The notes beneath the pieces were generated by a model. That model was given only the letters and a program-made list of their open reading frames with translations. It searched no databases and was not told where the DNA came from. From a virus (lineage: Duplodnaviria > Caudoviricetes), in IMG/VR virus record IMGVR_UViG_3300013936_000025, positions 4,048-68,047 of that record: a stretch of 64,000 nucleotides of DNA; one strand, written 5' to 3'. Position numbers and translations under genes: made by a program. Positions 18,600-28,340 of the stretch are shown here, piece after piece. Positions within the stretch are counted from its first letter, which is position 1, and the number at the start of each line of letters is the position of its first letter.

Positions 18600-19697
18600 A
18601 TGGAAACAAATACAATAGATAATATTCTTAATGACTTGGGAATGAGTACTACTCCTACTACACCTCCTACAGAAGCTATTTCTACAGAGAATGTTTCCAG
18701 TACTTTCTCTAATGAAGACATTAATGATATTCTAGAAGATAATGGCTTTTCAGAAGAAGGAATACAAGATGCTGTATTTGAAGAAGAAGATTCTGAGGAA
18801 GAAAGGGAGAATACCCAAGATTTAAGTAATACTGCCCAAGATGATGAAATGGAACATCAGCTTTATCAACAAGCTTTGGAAGAAGTAGACTCTGAAGTAA
18901 ATGGTGATTCTGAGGATGCTACTCCTACAGAGGGACATGAAATCTCTAAGAATGATAAGATTCCACTGAATTCTCCTACCCTACTTATAGATGAATCTAC
19001 ATCTAGGTTCTCAGGTGCTGAATGGTTCAATGAGATACAGAAAGCTAGAATCATAGTAGCTGGATGTGGAGGTATCGGCAGCAACTTAATATTCCAACTA
19101 GCAAGAATGGTACCAGCTAATATTACCATCTATGATGATGATGCGGTAGAGATGGTTAATATGGCAGGGCAGTTATATAGCTATAGTGATATGGGAAAAG
19201 CAAAGGTTGATGCCATAGCTGATATGATAACTTCTTATTCCTCAATGCGACAAGTTAATGCTATTAAGGAAAAGTTTACCAGTCTTACTGAGGCAGGAGA
19301 TATTATGATGTGTGGCTTTGATAATATGTCTGCAAGAAAGACGTTCTTTAACTCTTGGTATGAGCATATTAAGAATAAAAGTAAGGAAGAAAGGACTAGG
19401 TGCTTACTGCTTGATGGTCGTCTTAGCATGGATACCTTACAGATATTCTGTATAAGAGGTGATGATACTTATAACATTAATAGGTATCAGAGTGATTTTC
19501 TTTTCTCAGACTATCTAGCGGATGCTACAGTATGTTCCATGAAACAGACTACTTATCTAGCCTGTATGATTGGCTCATTGATGGTAAATCTCTTTACTAA
19601 TTTTGTAGCTAATTCCTTAAATCCAGTCATTCCTTATGACTTACCTTTCTTTACAGAGTATGATGCACAGAATATGATATTTAAGACAGAAAGCTAA
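18600..19697 (+). CDS. E1-like (ThiF/MoeB/HesA) adenylating enzyme with acidic N-terminal extension
   Basis: IIVAGCGGIGS, YDDDAVEMVNMAGQ, KAKV, CGFDNMSAR, LDGR; candidate catalytic Cys312 (TVCSMKQ). Confidence 0.9.
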   Translation: METNTIDNILNDLGMSTTPTTPPTEAISTENVSSTFSNEDINDILEDNGFSEEGIQDAVFEEEDSEEERENTQDLSNTAQDDEMEHQLYQQALEEVDSEVNGDSEDATPTEGHEISKNDKIPLNSPTLLIDESTSRFSGAEWFNEIQKARIIVAGCGGIGSNLIFQLARMVPANITIYDDDAVEMVNMAGQLYSYSDMGKAKVDAIADMITSYSSMRQVNAIKEKFTSLTEAGDIMMCGFDNMSARKTFFNSWYEHIKNKSKEERTRCLLLDGRLSMDTLQIFCIRGDDTYNINRYQSDFLFSDYLADATVCSMKQTTYLACMIGSLMVNLFTNFVANSLNPVIPYDLPFFTEYDAQNMIFKTES

Positions 19698-20434
19698 TGA
19701 GAGATTTACAATTTATTATACATAATTGCTTTGAGGATACTTATCATACTAGATGCTATGCTCCCCCATATCCAGACTGTCCTAATGGGAAATTGGCAAA
19801 CTTAATTGTTCCTATAGAGGATTCCTTTGAGATGCCTGTATTTGCCCTCAGGGCTTTAAAGCCAGATGTCAACTATATAGTAGCAGATTTACAGGATATT
19901 GGTAATCGTACGGAATATAAATCCTTAGATACTGGAGTTAGGGATATTCTAACAACTGACTTTGTAAATAATAGGTTAGTAGAGCTTAACACTAAGGTAG
20001 GAGAGCCTAAATACTATGGTACTTATGGGGCTATATTTGACAAAGACTTCAATCTAACAATGGCTATCTTATGGAAAATGCAAAGGTATATTGTTGAAGA
20101 TAATGAGAAATATCCTTATAAATTCAGATATAAGTTTGTTGAACCAATCCTAAGGGTCAATCCCCAGGTATTTATCAATAGAAGTAATTCTGTTGAGAGG
20201 TATATCATCAACAAAATCTTGTCATCTGCTGTCCTGAACTATAGTATTGACAGACCTAGACTATCAAAAATCTATGTTGATGATAGTAATCCTTATTCTA
20301 TATTTAGGTTAAAGGTAGAGATTGGTACATTTCCTTCCTTTTATATAAAGAAACCTGATGTTCCATCAATTTCCACCACCAATGAAGAGTTACTAAAGGC
20401 AGCGTTTGATAATATAGAGGACATAATAGAATGA
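19697..20434 (+). CDS. Hypothetical protein, 245 aa, translationally coupled to E1
   Basis: TAATG overlap with the E1 stop; no recognised motif. Confidence 0.8.
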   Translation: MRDLQFIIHNCFEDTYHTRCYAPPYPDCPNGKLANLIVPIEDSFEMPVFALRALKPDVNYIVADLQDIGNRTEYKSLDTGVRDILTTDFVNNRLVELNTKVGEPKYYGTYGAIFDKDFNLTMAILWKMQRYIVEDNEKYPYKFRYKFVEPILRVNPQVFINRSNSVERYIINKILSSAVLNYSIDRPRLSKIYVDDSNPYSIFRLKVEIGTFPSFYIKKPDVPSISTTNEELLKAAFDNIEDIIE

Positions 20435-21168
20435 CAATACAGGAATACTTTGGAGATTGGTGTAAGGTCATAAACTTAACAGAAGCAGAGAGAATAATCA
20501 AGAGATTAGCTAGCTCAAAACAAGTTGTTTGCCCTCAGATAAAAGACATTTTTAGAGCTTTTACTCTTTGTTCATTGCATGATTTGAAGGCTGTTATAGT
20601 TGGAATGGATCCATATCCAGACCTAATAAAAGGCAAGCCTAGGGCTACAGGAATAGCTTTTGGAAATTCATGGGATACCTTAGAAGAAAACTATTCCCCA
20701 TCCTTAGATGTGCTAAAAGAGTCAGTAATAGACTACTCTATGCCACATGAAAGAATTACCTTTGACCCAAGTTTGGAGAAGTGGGAAGAACAGGGAGTGT
20801 TGATGCTAAACTCGGCACTCTCTTGCTTTGCGGGCAAAATAGGCTCACATGCACTCATGTGGAGACCTTTCATAAAATTCTTTCTCACTAAACTTTCCAA
20901 CTATGACAGTGGCATTGTCTATGTATTAATGGGTACTGAGGCACAAAGCTTTGAGTCTTGCATCAATGCCAAGTATAATCATATAATAAAGACAAAGCAT
21001 CCATCATGGTATGCAAGAAATCACATCAAAATGCCTTCTGACTTATGGAATCAAATAAACAAGATACTTATAGGTCATTATGGCTATGGTGTTGAATGGT
21101 ATAAAGAGTATAAATTTAAAAATGAACAAGAAGAAAATGAAAAAGTATTTTATGCAGGGAACTGCTGA
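20431..21168 (+). CDS. ung: Uracil-DNA glycosylase (family 1)
   Basis: VIVGMDPYP, WEEQGVLMLN, KHPS. Confidence 0.92.
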   Translation: MTIQEYFGDWCKVINLTEAERIIKRLASSKQVVCPQIKDIFRAFTLCSLHDLKAVIVGMDPYPDLIKGKPRATGIAFGNSWDTLEENYSPSLDVLKESVIDYSMPHERITFDPSLEKWEEQGVLMLNSALSCFAGKIGSHALMWRPFIKFFLTKLSNYDSGIVYVLMGTEAQSFESCINAKYNHIIKTKHPSWYARNHIKMPSDLWNQINKILIGHYGYGVEWYKEYKFKNEQEENEKVFYAGNC

Positions 21169-21478
21169 AGAGTTAAAGTTTGGGGATATGATAGTCCTTG
21201 ATTTGTCAGATGACTTAAAAAATGGTCATGTAAAGCATCATCACTTGGAGTGCAAGTTCATTCCTCAGATTGTACCTTTGCTTGTAGAGGAAGGTATCAT
21301 TGAGGTGAAGAATGTAAGAAGGTCAAAGGAAGAGCCTAAGCCAAAACTGAAAGAGCAGCCTCTAGACTTTACTGATGACTGTTCTATGATTGAAGAGCTT
21401 GTAAAGGCTAATCAGAACTTGGAGCATAGGGTGTATGACCTGGAGAAAAAAGTCTCTAACTTAATTTCTCTACAGTAG
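21137..21478 (+). CDS. Hypothetical protein (start probably ATG21137)
   Basis: ORF track 21080..21478; internal ATG in a coupling position. Confidence 0.7.
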   Translation: MKKYFMQGTAEELKFGDMIVLDLSDDLKNGHVKHHHLECKFIPQIVPLLVEEGIIEVKNVRRSKEEPKPKLKEQPLDFTDDCSMIEELVKANQNLEHRVYDLEKKVSNLISLQ

Positions 21479-21529
21479 TTTATCTACAGACAATGGTTGG
21501 TCTAAAGTTAAAGGTAAATACCAAGGCAA

Positions 21530-21976
21530 ATGCAAAGTAAGGTAGAAAATAAGAAGATAATAAATGCCTCTCCCTTAGAGTATGATGGTATCTCCTTTAA
21601 ATCAAAGTTAGAGAAGATGGCTTATCAAACTCTAAAGGAACAAGGCTTTCCTGTTGAATATGAACCTAAGAAATTCATTATATGGGAAGGCTTTAGACCA
21701 AATGTCCCTTTTTATAATAAAGATACTTGTACAAGAATGCTAAAGTTGGATAGTAAAAAGGTAATTGATATTTCCTATACACCAGACCTAATGTTTGAAT
21801 ATAACAAGCATCTTATTATTATAGAAATGAAGGGCTTTGAGAATAATACCTATCCTTTAAAGAAAAAGATATTTAGGAAATGGCTTGAAACAAACTATCC
21901 AAGTAGTATTTACTTTGAGATTTTCACCAAAAAACAACTTCTTCAAGCTATAGACATCATTAAGTCCCTAGCATGA
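21530..21976 (+). CDS. PD-(D/E)xK endonuclease (DUF1064-like)
   Basis: YDGISFKSKLE...YTPDL...IEMKG. Confidence 0.8.
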   Translation: MQSKVENKKIINASPLEYDGISFKSKLEKMAYQTLKEQGFPVEYEPKKFIIWEGFRPNVPFYNKDTCTRMLKLDSKKVIDISYTPDLMFEYNKHLIIIEMKGFENNTYPLKKKIFRKWLETNYPSSIYFEIFTKKQLLQAIDIIKSLA

Positions 21977-22001
21977 AATACAAAACATAACAAGAAAAAC
22001 A

Positions 22002-23096
22002 ATGGAAATACCAAAAGAATTAAAAGATATTAGTTGGCAAGTAGATGAGCCAACATACAGGGCTGATCCTGCATTAAGTTACTCTACTCTTGCTAGATAT
22101 GAGAGAGAAGGCTTCAATAAGTTGGACCATCTCTTTGATAAAATCTCAACACAGTCTCTACTTGAAGGTTCTATGGTAGACTGTCTTATTACAGGTTCTC
22201 AAGAAGAGTTCAATGAATTGTACTATGTTGCAGACTTTCCTTCCATTGGAGATAAGGAGAAATTAGCAGCACAAGAGTTAATTGATAGATATAGTAATTC
22301 ATGTGAGTTGTTTTCCTACATTCCACATAATGCTATTCTTGAAGTACTTAATGAAATTGGATGGCAAAAGAATTGGAGGGATGATACTAGAGTTAGGGTA
22401 ATTTCTGAAAGAGCAGCTATGTATTATAATCTTGTAGTGCAAGCAGGCAATAAGACAGTTGTAGATAGAAATACCTATGATAGGATTATTAAGATGGTGC
22501 AAACCCTAAAAACTTCTCCTGCAACGCAAGGTTACTTTGCAGACAATGACCCTATATCACCTGTAAGAAGGTATTATCAACTAAAGTTTAAGGCAAGATT
22601 CAAAGGGGTAAACTATCGTTGCATGGCGGATTTGATAATAGTGGACTATGAGGATAAGAAAATTATTCCTGTAGATCTTAAAACAAGTGGGCATCATGAA
22701 TGGGATTTTCAAGAGAGTTTTTTACAGTGGAAATACCTCGTCCAATCAATGCTATATTGGAGGATTATCAAGGCTAATTTAATGCAAGATTCCTACTTCA
22801 AGGACTTCACTCTTGAAAACTACAGATTCATTGTAGTCAACAAGGAATCACTCACACCTTTGGTATGGGAGTTTCCCCTCACCAAGATGGTAGGTACACT
22901 TGTTGACAAAGAAGGTAAGGAATATAGAGACCCATTTGAGATAGGTAAGGAACTGCAAGGTTACTTGAACCTAAGACCAAGAGTTCCTAATGGAATAGAT
23001 ATAGATGGTGTAAACACTATTGATTGTCTAAAGCTAAAAGAAGAAGTACAAAAGGATAGTTTAGATTCTATTCTAGATGCACCTTGGAGACAATAA
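22002..23096 (+). CDS. PD-(D/E)xK exonuclease (RecE/exonuclease VIII-like)
   Basis: ALSYSTL...CMADLI...VDLKTS...YLVQSMLY. Confidence 0.8.
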   Translation: MEIPKELKDISWQVDEPTYRADPALSYSTLARYEREGFNKLDHLFDKISTQSLLEGSMVDCLITGSQEEFNELYYVADFPSIGDKEKLAAQELIDRYSNSCELFSYIPHNAILEVLNEIGWQKNWRDDTRVRVISERAAMYYNLVVQAGNKTVVDRNTYDRIIKMVQTLKTSPATQGYFADNDPISPVRRYYQLKFKARFKGVNYRCMADLIIVDYEDKKIIPVDLKTSGHHEWDFQESFLQWKYLVQSMLYWRIIKANLMQDSYFKDFTLENYRFIVVNKESLTPLVWEFPLTKMVGTLVDKEGKEYRDPFEIGKELQGYLNLRPRVPNGIDIDGVNTIDCLKLKEEVQKDSLDSILDAPWRQ

Positions 23097-23138
23097 TACA
23101 TTATATATAAATATTTTTAATTGTTTAATAAATAGGAA

Positions 23139-26100
23139 ATGTTAATAAAGAAAAGAGATGGCTCTCAGGAGGAGTTTGACCCTAAGAAGATAGAGACAGC
23201 TATCTACAAGGCATTTGAGGCTGTCCATAATAAAGAGGCTTGGAAAGATGCTAAGGATAGGATTTCCCAATTCCTCAAGAGCTTTGATGGTTGGGAGGAG
23301 AAAGACCTTACTGTAGAAAGAGTACAAAATAAAGTAGAAAAATATCTTTGTACTCATGGTTTCTATAAAGTAGGCAAAGCTTATATGCTCTATAGGGAGC
23401 GACATAAGAAACTTAGGGACAATGTAGCAAGGAATCTTCAGTTTATTGATAACTTTGTAAAGTCAGACAATACAGCCAATGCAACTATTGATGATAATAG
23501 TAATGTAGCTACTCATAATGTCGCAGTGATGAATACAGAGATTCATAAGGAAGACAATAAGGAAACTAATATAAGAATTTGGTATAACAAGATTAGGGAA
23601 CTGTATGGTAAGGAATTGGCTGAGCAATTTTTGACAGATATTGACACTATTCTTTATCCTCATGATTTATCTTCACAGATAGGTATGCCTTATTGTGTTG
23701 CCATTACCCTATATCCTTTCCTTAAGAATGGTATCAAGGATATTGGTGGTTTAAGTGCTGCCCCTAAGAATATTGATAGTTTCTGTGGTCTTTTTGTTAA
23801 TCTTGTGTTTGCAGTAGCAGCACAGTATAAGGGCGCATGTGCCACACCTGGTATGTTACTCTGCATGGACTATTTTCTCAGAAAGGAATGGGGAGATAAC
23901 TATTATATGAAGCCAGAGACCATTATTACATCTGAGCATTGTCTTAGACAGATGACTATTCAAAAGCAGATACATCAATACTTCCAGCAGATTTGCTATT
24001 CCTTAATGCAGCCTTCAGGTTCTAGGGGAAATCAAGCATGTTTCTGGAATCTCTCTATCTTTGACAAACCTTTCTTTGACACTATGTATGGGGATTTCTA
24101 TTTCCCTGATGGGACTAAAGCTAAGTGGGAATCATTATCATGGTTACAAAAGGATTTCATGCATTGGTTTAACCAAGAGAGGTTGAAATGTATATTGACA
24201 TTCCCAGTGGTTTCACTCTGTCTTATTTATCAAGACCACAAGTTCCTTGATGAGGACTTATACCAGTTTGCAGCAAAGGAGTATGCAGAAGGAGACAGCT
24301 TCTTTACCTATATAAGTGACAGTGCAGATAGTTTATCATCTTGCTGTTTTAGTAGAGATACAAAAGTTCTTTGGAAGAATTCCTATGATGGTGTGAAATG
24401 TACTACATTAGAAGAACTTCATAACTTAAAATGGGAACCTAACAAAAAGAATTTAAAAATATTTCATAATGGCTCTTGGGTAAGAGGTAAGAGTATAAAA
24501 CTTCCTTGTAGAGATATGTATAAAGTTACAACTCATAATAATAAGGAATTTTATATGACAGACAATCATATAAACCTTACCTTACAAGGAGAAAAACAAA
24601 CCTCAGAATTGACTACTGATGACTATTTGTTGTTTAATACCCAAGTACTAAATAGAATACCAGAGAAAGATGAAGGTTTGACTTATGCAGAGGGCGTAAT
24701 GCTAGGAGCTTTCTTAGGAGATGGAACAATTAGTGGTTATACCTGCCAAGATGGTTGTATTCATAGTATGGACTACTCCCTCAATGAGATTAAGTACAAA
24801 AAGCTTGCTCCTTATTTAGACCAACTACAGGAAAAGTATAATATGCACTATTCTTTAAATACAGTATATAATAATGTCTTTCCAGTTAAGGTCTATAGCA
24901 AAGAGTTTGTTGCTTTCGTTGTAAAATGGACTAATTGGGTAGAGCATACTACTGCTGTTACAAAAGACTTGAACTTGAATTGTCTACTTCAATCTGCTGA
25001 CTTTAGACGTGGTATTCTTGATGGATGGTACATAACTGATGGTGGTAACTCTAATAGGTGCTACACTGTATCTAAAAAGTTAAGGGATGCTATGGAAATT
25101 CTCATTACTTCTCTTGGTATGCAGTCTATTATTGATGTAAGTGATAGGACTGATGAGAATGTAGTAATCAGAGGTGAGTTCTTTAATAGAAATTATCCTT
25201 TATATTGTATTAGGTTCTATACTCCTACTAATCATAGGGTATGTAAGAACCCTGAGCATTCTTGGATTAGAAAGAACAATAGTCTTTATTTCAGAATTAG
25301 AAGCATTGAAAAGGTTGATTATAATAATGAAGTATATTGCATTGAGTGTACCAATTCTAATGAGCCTTATTTCACTCTACCATCTGGTTTGATTACTCAT
25401 AATTGCCGTCTTTCCTCAAAGTTATCAAAGCCTCAGTTCAACTTTACCAACGGTCAGCTTAGTGAAATGACAGGCTCCAAGAATGTAATTACACTTAACC
25501 TTAATAGAATTGTTCAGGATTGGGCAAAGCAGCCTGCAAAGACAGGGGTTAATGTTCCTGGTTTAACAGGACTTAGAGAGTACATTATCACTATTCTCGA
25601 TAGAGTCTATAAGTATCAAACAGCATATAACGAAATCCTCAAATACCTCTATGAGAAGAATCTTCTTACTGTGTATAATGCAGGATTCATTAATATGAGA
25701 AAGCAATATCTTACTATAGGTATTAATGGCTTGAACCAAGCAGCAGAGTTCTTGGGAATGAAGTGCAATAAGAATGAGGAGTATGAGGAGTTCTGTAGAA
25801 ACATCTTTAGTACTATCAAGGAACAAAATACCCTTCACAAGACCAAGGAATGTATGTTCAACACTGAATTTACACCATGTGAATCCGCTGCCATCAAACT
25901 ATACAACAGAGATAAGAAGGATGGATATTGGGTTCCTAATGACACTAATCTCTATGCTTCTTATATCTTTAAGCCTAATGATGTTAATATTCCAGTACTA
26001 GATAAGATACATCTTCATGGAAAGGAAGTATGTGGAGATAATCTAGATGGAGGTTCAGCATGTCATGTTGGATTGGATAGTCATTTGGATAAAGAACAAT

Positions 26101-26348
26101 ATCTAAAGATTATAAAATATGCAGCAGAAGAGGGATGTAAGTACTTTACATTTAATGTACCTAATAGTGAATGTAATGATTGTGGTTTTATCACCAAGCA
26201 TCCTATTACTGAATGTCCTAAGTGTGGAAGTAAACATATTAGTTATTATGACCGTGTAATAGGCTATCTCACTAAGATTAGCAACTGGTCTAAAGGAAGG
26301 CAGATAGAACAAAAGACCAGAGTATATACTAAAAAAGAAGATGTATGA
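23139..26348 (+). CDS. nrdD: Class III anaerobic ribonucleotide reductase with ATP cone, intein-containing (about 716 aa after splicing)
   Basis: IKKRDG ATP cone, spliced SSC|CRL active site, CxxC...CPKC zinc site, RVIGYL glycyl-radical motif. Confidence 0.95.
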   Translation: MLIKKRDGSQEEFDPKKIETAIYKAFEAVHNKEAWKDAKDRISQFLKSFDGWEEKDLTVERVQNKVEKYLCTHGFYKVGKAYMLYRERHKKLRDNVARNLQFIDNFVKSDNTANATIDDNSNVATHNVAVMNTEIHKEDNKETNIRIWYNKIRELYGKELAEQFLTDIDTILYPHDLSSQIGMPYCVAITLYPFLKNGIKDIGGLSAAPKNIDSFCGLFVNLVFAVAAQYKGACATPGMLLCMDYFLRKEWGDNYYMKPETIITSEHCLRQMTIQKQIHQYFQQICYSLMQPSGSRGNQACFWNLSIFDKPFFDTMYGDFYFPDGTKAKWESLSWLQKDFMHWFNQERLKCILTFPVVSLCLIYQDHKFLDEDLYQFAAKEYAEGDSFFTYISDSADSLSSCCFSRDTKVLWKNSYDGVKCTTLEELHNLKWEPNKKNLKIFHNGSWVRGKSIKLPCRDMYKVTTHNNKEFYMTDNHINLTLQGEKQTSELTTDDYLLFNTQVLNRIPEKDEGLTYAEGVMLGAFLGDGTISGYTCQDGCIHSMDYSLNEIKYKKLAPYLDQLQEKYNMHYSLNTVYNNVFPVKVYSKEFVAFVVKWTNWVEHTTAVTKDLNLNCLLQSADFRRGILDGWYITDGGNSNRCYTVSKKLRDAMEILITSLGMQSIIDVSDRTDENVVIRGEFFNRNYPLYCIRFYTPTNHRVCKNPEHSWIRKNNSLYFRIRSIEKVDYNNEVYCIECTNSNEPYFTLPSGLITHNCRLSSKLSKPQFNFTNGQLSEMTGSKNVITLNLNRIVQDWAKQPAKTGVNVPGLTGLREYIITILDRVYKYQTAYNEILKYLYEKNLLTVYNAGFINMRKQYLTIGINGLNQAAEFLGMKCNKNEEYEEFCRNIFSTIKEQNTLHKTKECMFNTEFTPCESAAIKLYNRDKKDGYWVPNDTNLYASYIFKPNDVNIPVLDKIHLHGKEVCGDNLDGGSACHVGLDSHLDKEQYLKIIKYAAEEGCKYFTFNVPNSECNDCGFITKHPITECPKCGSKHISYYDRVIGYLTKISNWSKGRQIEQKTRVYTKKEDV
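24345..25403 (+). mobile_element. Intein with LAGLIDADG endonuclease in NrdD (353 aa)
   Basis: Starts CFSRDT, ends GLITHN followed by Cys; internal LGAFLGDG and GILDGWYITDG motifs. Confidence 0.93.
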
Positions 26349-27124
26349 CTCAATATATAAAAGAAAGACTGTCTTTTCAGAAAAATCTAGCTCTTAGTGG
26401 TATAGCAGAGGAAATTAAAAGCTTTCCTCAAAAGAATGGAGAAATATTGATAGTAACAAATAAATCATCTTTAAAGAGAAGAAATAGATTTTTTTATGAG
26501 GGATATTTCAAAGGGTATAATAGAAAACTTGTGTTTGATATTACCTTAGCTAAAAATGGACAAGTTAAAAATCCTGACCAAAAAGATAAATATGGCTTCT
26601 ATGTTGGAACATATATGATAGATAAGTATATCTATAATATTTGGAAAAATATGGAAAGAAGATGTTATTATCCAAATTATCCAAGCTATGAGAATTATGG
26701 GGCTAAAGGTATTACGGTATCAGATTCTTTTAAAAACTATGTATTCTTTGAAACATGGTATAAAGCTATTTGGGATGGGAAAACTAAATTAGAATTAGAC
26801 AAGGATATAAAGTCAAATGGGGAATGTAAAATATATTCCCCAGAGACTTGTATTTTAATTCCCTCTGCAATAAATACTTTTATCTCTACTTTAGGAGAGA
26901 ATAAGGGCATAGAGGAAGTTCATAATAAAAATCATACAACTTACTGTGTTCATTATAGGAGAAAGTATAAAAAGGTTAATAAGAACTTTAAAAAATTGGA
27001 AGATGCCAAAGACTTTAGAAAAGAATTAGATAAGGTATATATTGAAACATTATTCAGTATGTATCAGTTACCTGAAGAAATAAAAAATTTAATAAGAAAA
27101 TATGTTGAAGTACAAATATACTAA
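26345..27124 (+). CDS. Free-standing HNH-type (His-Me finger) homing endonuclease between nrdD and nrdG
   Basis: YNIWKNMERRCY...YGAKGITV...ELDKDI...YSPETCILIP..IN; AT-rich; overlaps both neighbours. Confidence 0.75.
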   Translation: MTQYIKERLSFQKNLALSGIAEEIKSFPQKNGEILIVTNKSSLKRRNRFFYEGYFKGYNRKLVFDITLAKNGQVKNPDQKDKYGFYVGTYMIDKYIYNIWKNMERRCYYPNYPSYENYGAKGITVSDSFKNYVFFETWYKAIWDGKTKLELDKDIKSNGECKIYSPETCILIPSAINTFISTLGENKGIEEVHNKNHTTYCVHYRRKYKKVNKNFKKLEDAKDFRKELDKVYIETLFSMYQLPEEIKNLIRKYVEVQIY

Positions 27125-27590
27125 AGAGGTTTTTGCAGAAGTACCTAATGAAATAAGTCTTGCTATAGCAATTACAGGATGTATCCAACATTGCATTGGA
27201 TGTCACTCAAGAGAATTATGGGAAGATAAAGGTACTCCTTTAACTATCGAGGAATTACAAAGACTCCTAGATAATCATAAGGGAGTTACTTGCTTACTAC
27301 TCCTTGGAGGAGAGCATGACATTGACTCCCTTATAGAGTTGTTTCAATATGCTTATAAAAAAGTAAAGACTGCATGGTATTGTGGGCTAGACTTAATACC
27401 TAGAGATAAGATAGGTATCATACAATACTTGGATTTTCTTAAAGTTGGGCATTATGACCAAGAGTTAGGTGGACTAGCATCTCCTACTACCAATCAGAGA
27501 TTCTATAAGGTCAATCATCAAGGAGATGGTTGGTCATTAATTAATGAAACATATAAATTTAACAACAAAGAAAAAACAAATGAAGATTGA
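27102..27590 (+). CDS. nrdG: Anaerobic RNR activase (radical SAM)
   Basis: GCIQHCIGCHS (CxxxCxxC), LLGGE, TTNQRFY. Confidence 0.93.
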   Translation: MLKYKYTKEVFAEVPNEISLAIAITGCIQHCIGCHSRELWEDKGTPLTIEELQRLLDNHKGVTCLLLLGGEHDIDSLIELFQYAYKKVKTAWYCGLDLIPRDKIGIIQYLDFLKVGHYDQELGGLASPTTNQRFYKVNHQGDGWSLINETYKFNNKEKTNED

Positions 27591-28131
27591 GATATTAGAA
27601 AAGGTAGCTGGCTGTATGCCAGAGATTATTAAGGTTGGTGATTGGGTTGACCTTATGACTGCTGAGGAATATACATTCAAGTGTCCTCATGCAAAGATGC
27701 TACATAAGCAGAAGAATGAGGAGGAAAAGAAGATTGACAGATATAGGGATGTAATGTTTACCTATGGCTTGATGGAGTTAGGTGTTGCCATGCAATTACC
27801 AGAAGGATATGAAGCTATTGTTGCCCCACGTAGTTCAACATTCAAGAAATGGGGAATTATGGAAAGTAACTCGATGGGCATCATAGATGGTAGTTACTGT
27901 GGGAATGATGATACTTGGAAGTTCCCTTGTATTGCTACTAGAAACATTACTATCCCTAAGGGTACACCTATCTGCCAGTTCAGAATACAATTATCTCAGA
28001 AGGCTACTATGTGGCAGAAGATTAAGTGGCTCTTCTCATCAAAGATTGAGCTTGTCAAGGTTGATTCTCTTGATGGAGAGAATAGAGGAGGTATTGGTAC
28101 TGGCTCTGATAAGTATAGAACTAAACAATAG
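27580..28131 (+). CDS. dut: Trimeric dUTPase (start probably ATG27580)
   Basis: DLMTAE, VAPRSS, GIIDGSYCG, RGGIGTG motifs. Confidence 0.9.
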   Translation: MKIEILEKVAGCMPEIIKVGDWVDLMTAEEYTFKCPHAKMLHKQKNEEEKKIDRYRDVMFTYGLMELGVAMQLPEGYEAIVAPRSSTFKKWGIMESNSMGIIDGSYCGNDDTWKFPCIATRNITIPKGTPICQFRIQLSQKATMWQKIKWLFSSKIELVKVDSLDGENRGGIGTGSDKYRTKQ

Positions 28132-28134
28132 ACT

Positions 28135-28335
28135 ATGATTATAGTAATATTAGACTATAATGTTGGTGAGGTTATCATCAAGAATGTTCCTAAGGAATAT
28201 GAGGAACTGGATGGTGATGATATTCTCACCAACATGGGATATAAAATGAGCAATACCAACTATATGATAGCTGACAATGAACTTGATGTTCATATTGATA
28301 CTAAGGATTGCTCAAGTAAGTTAACTTTAAAATAA
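28135..28335 (+). CDS. Hypothetical protein, 66 aa
   Basis: ORF track; packed within the operon. Confidence 0.65.
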   Translation: MIIVILDYNVGEVIIKNVPKEYEELDGDDILTNMGYKMSNTNYMIADNELDVHIDTKDCSSKLTLK

Positions 28336-28340
28336 AAAAT

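Noticed and set aside
18600-19697. E1/ThiF as a thiamine or molybdopterin biosynthesis enzyme
   Set aside because: No thiS/thiG/moa or rhodanese genes are nearby, while E2-like and JAB genes are adjacent; not fully excluded.
21440-21541. Possible frameshift extending the 21137 gene (alternate frame VVYLQTMVGLKLK)
   Set aside because: No clear slippery site or homology evidence; cannot be supported without alignments.
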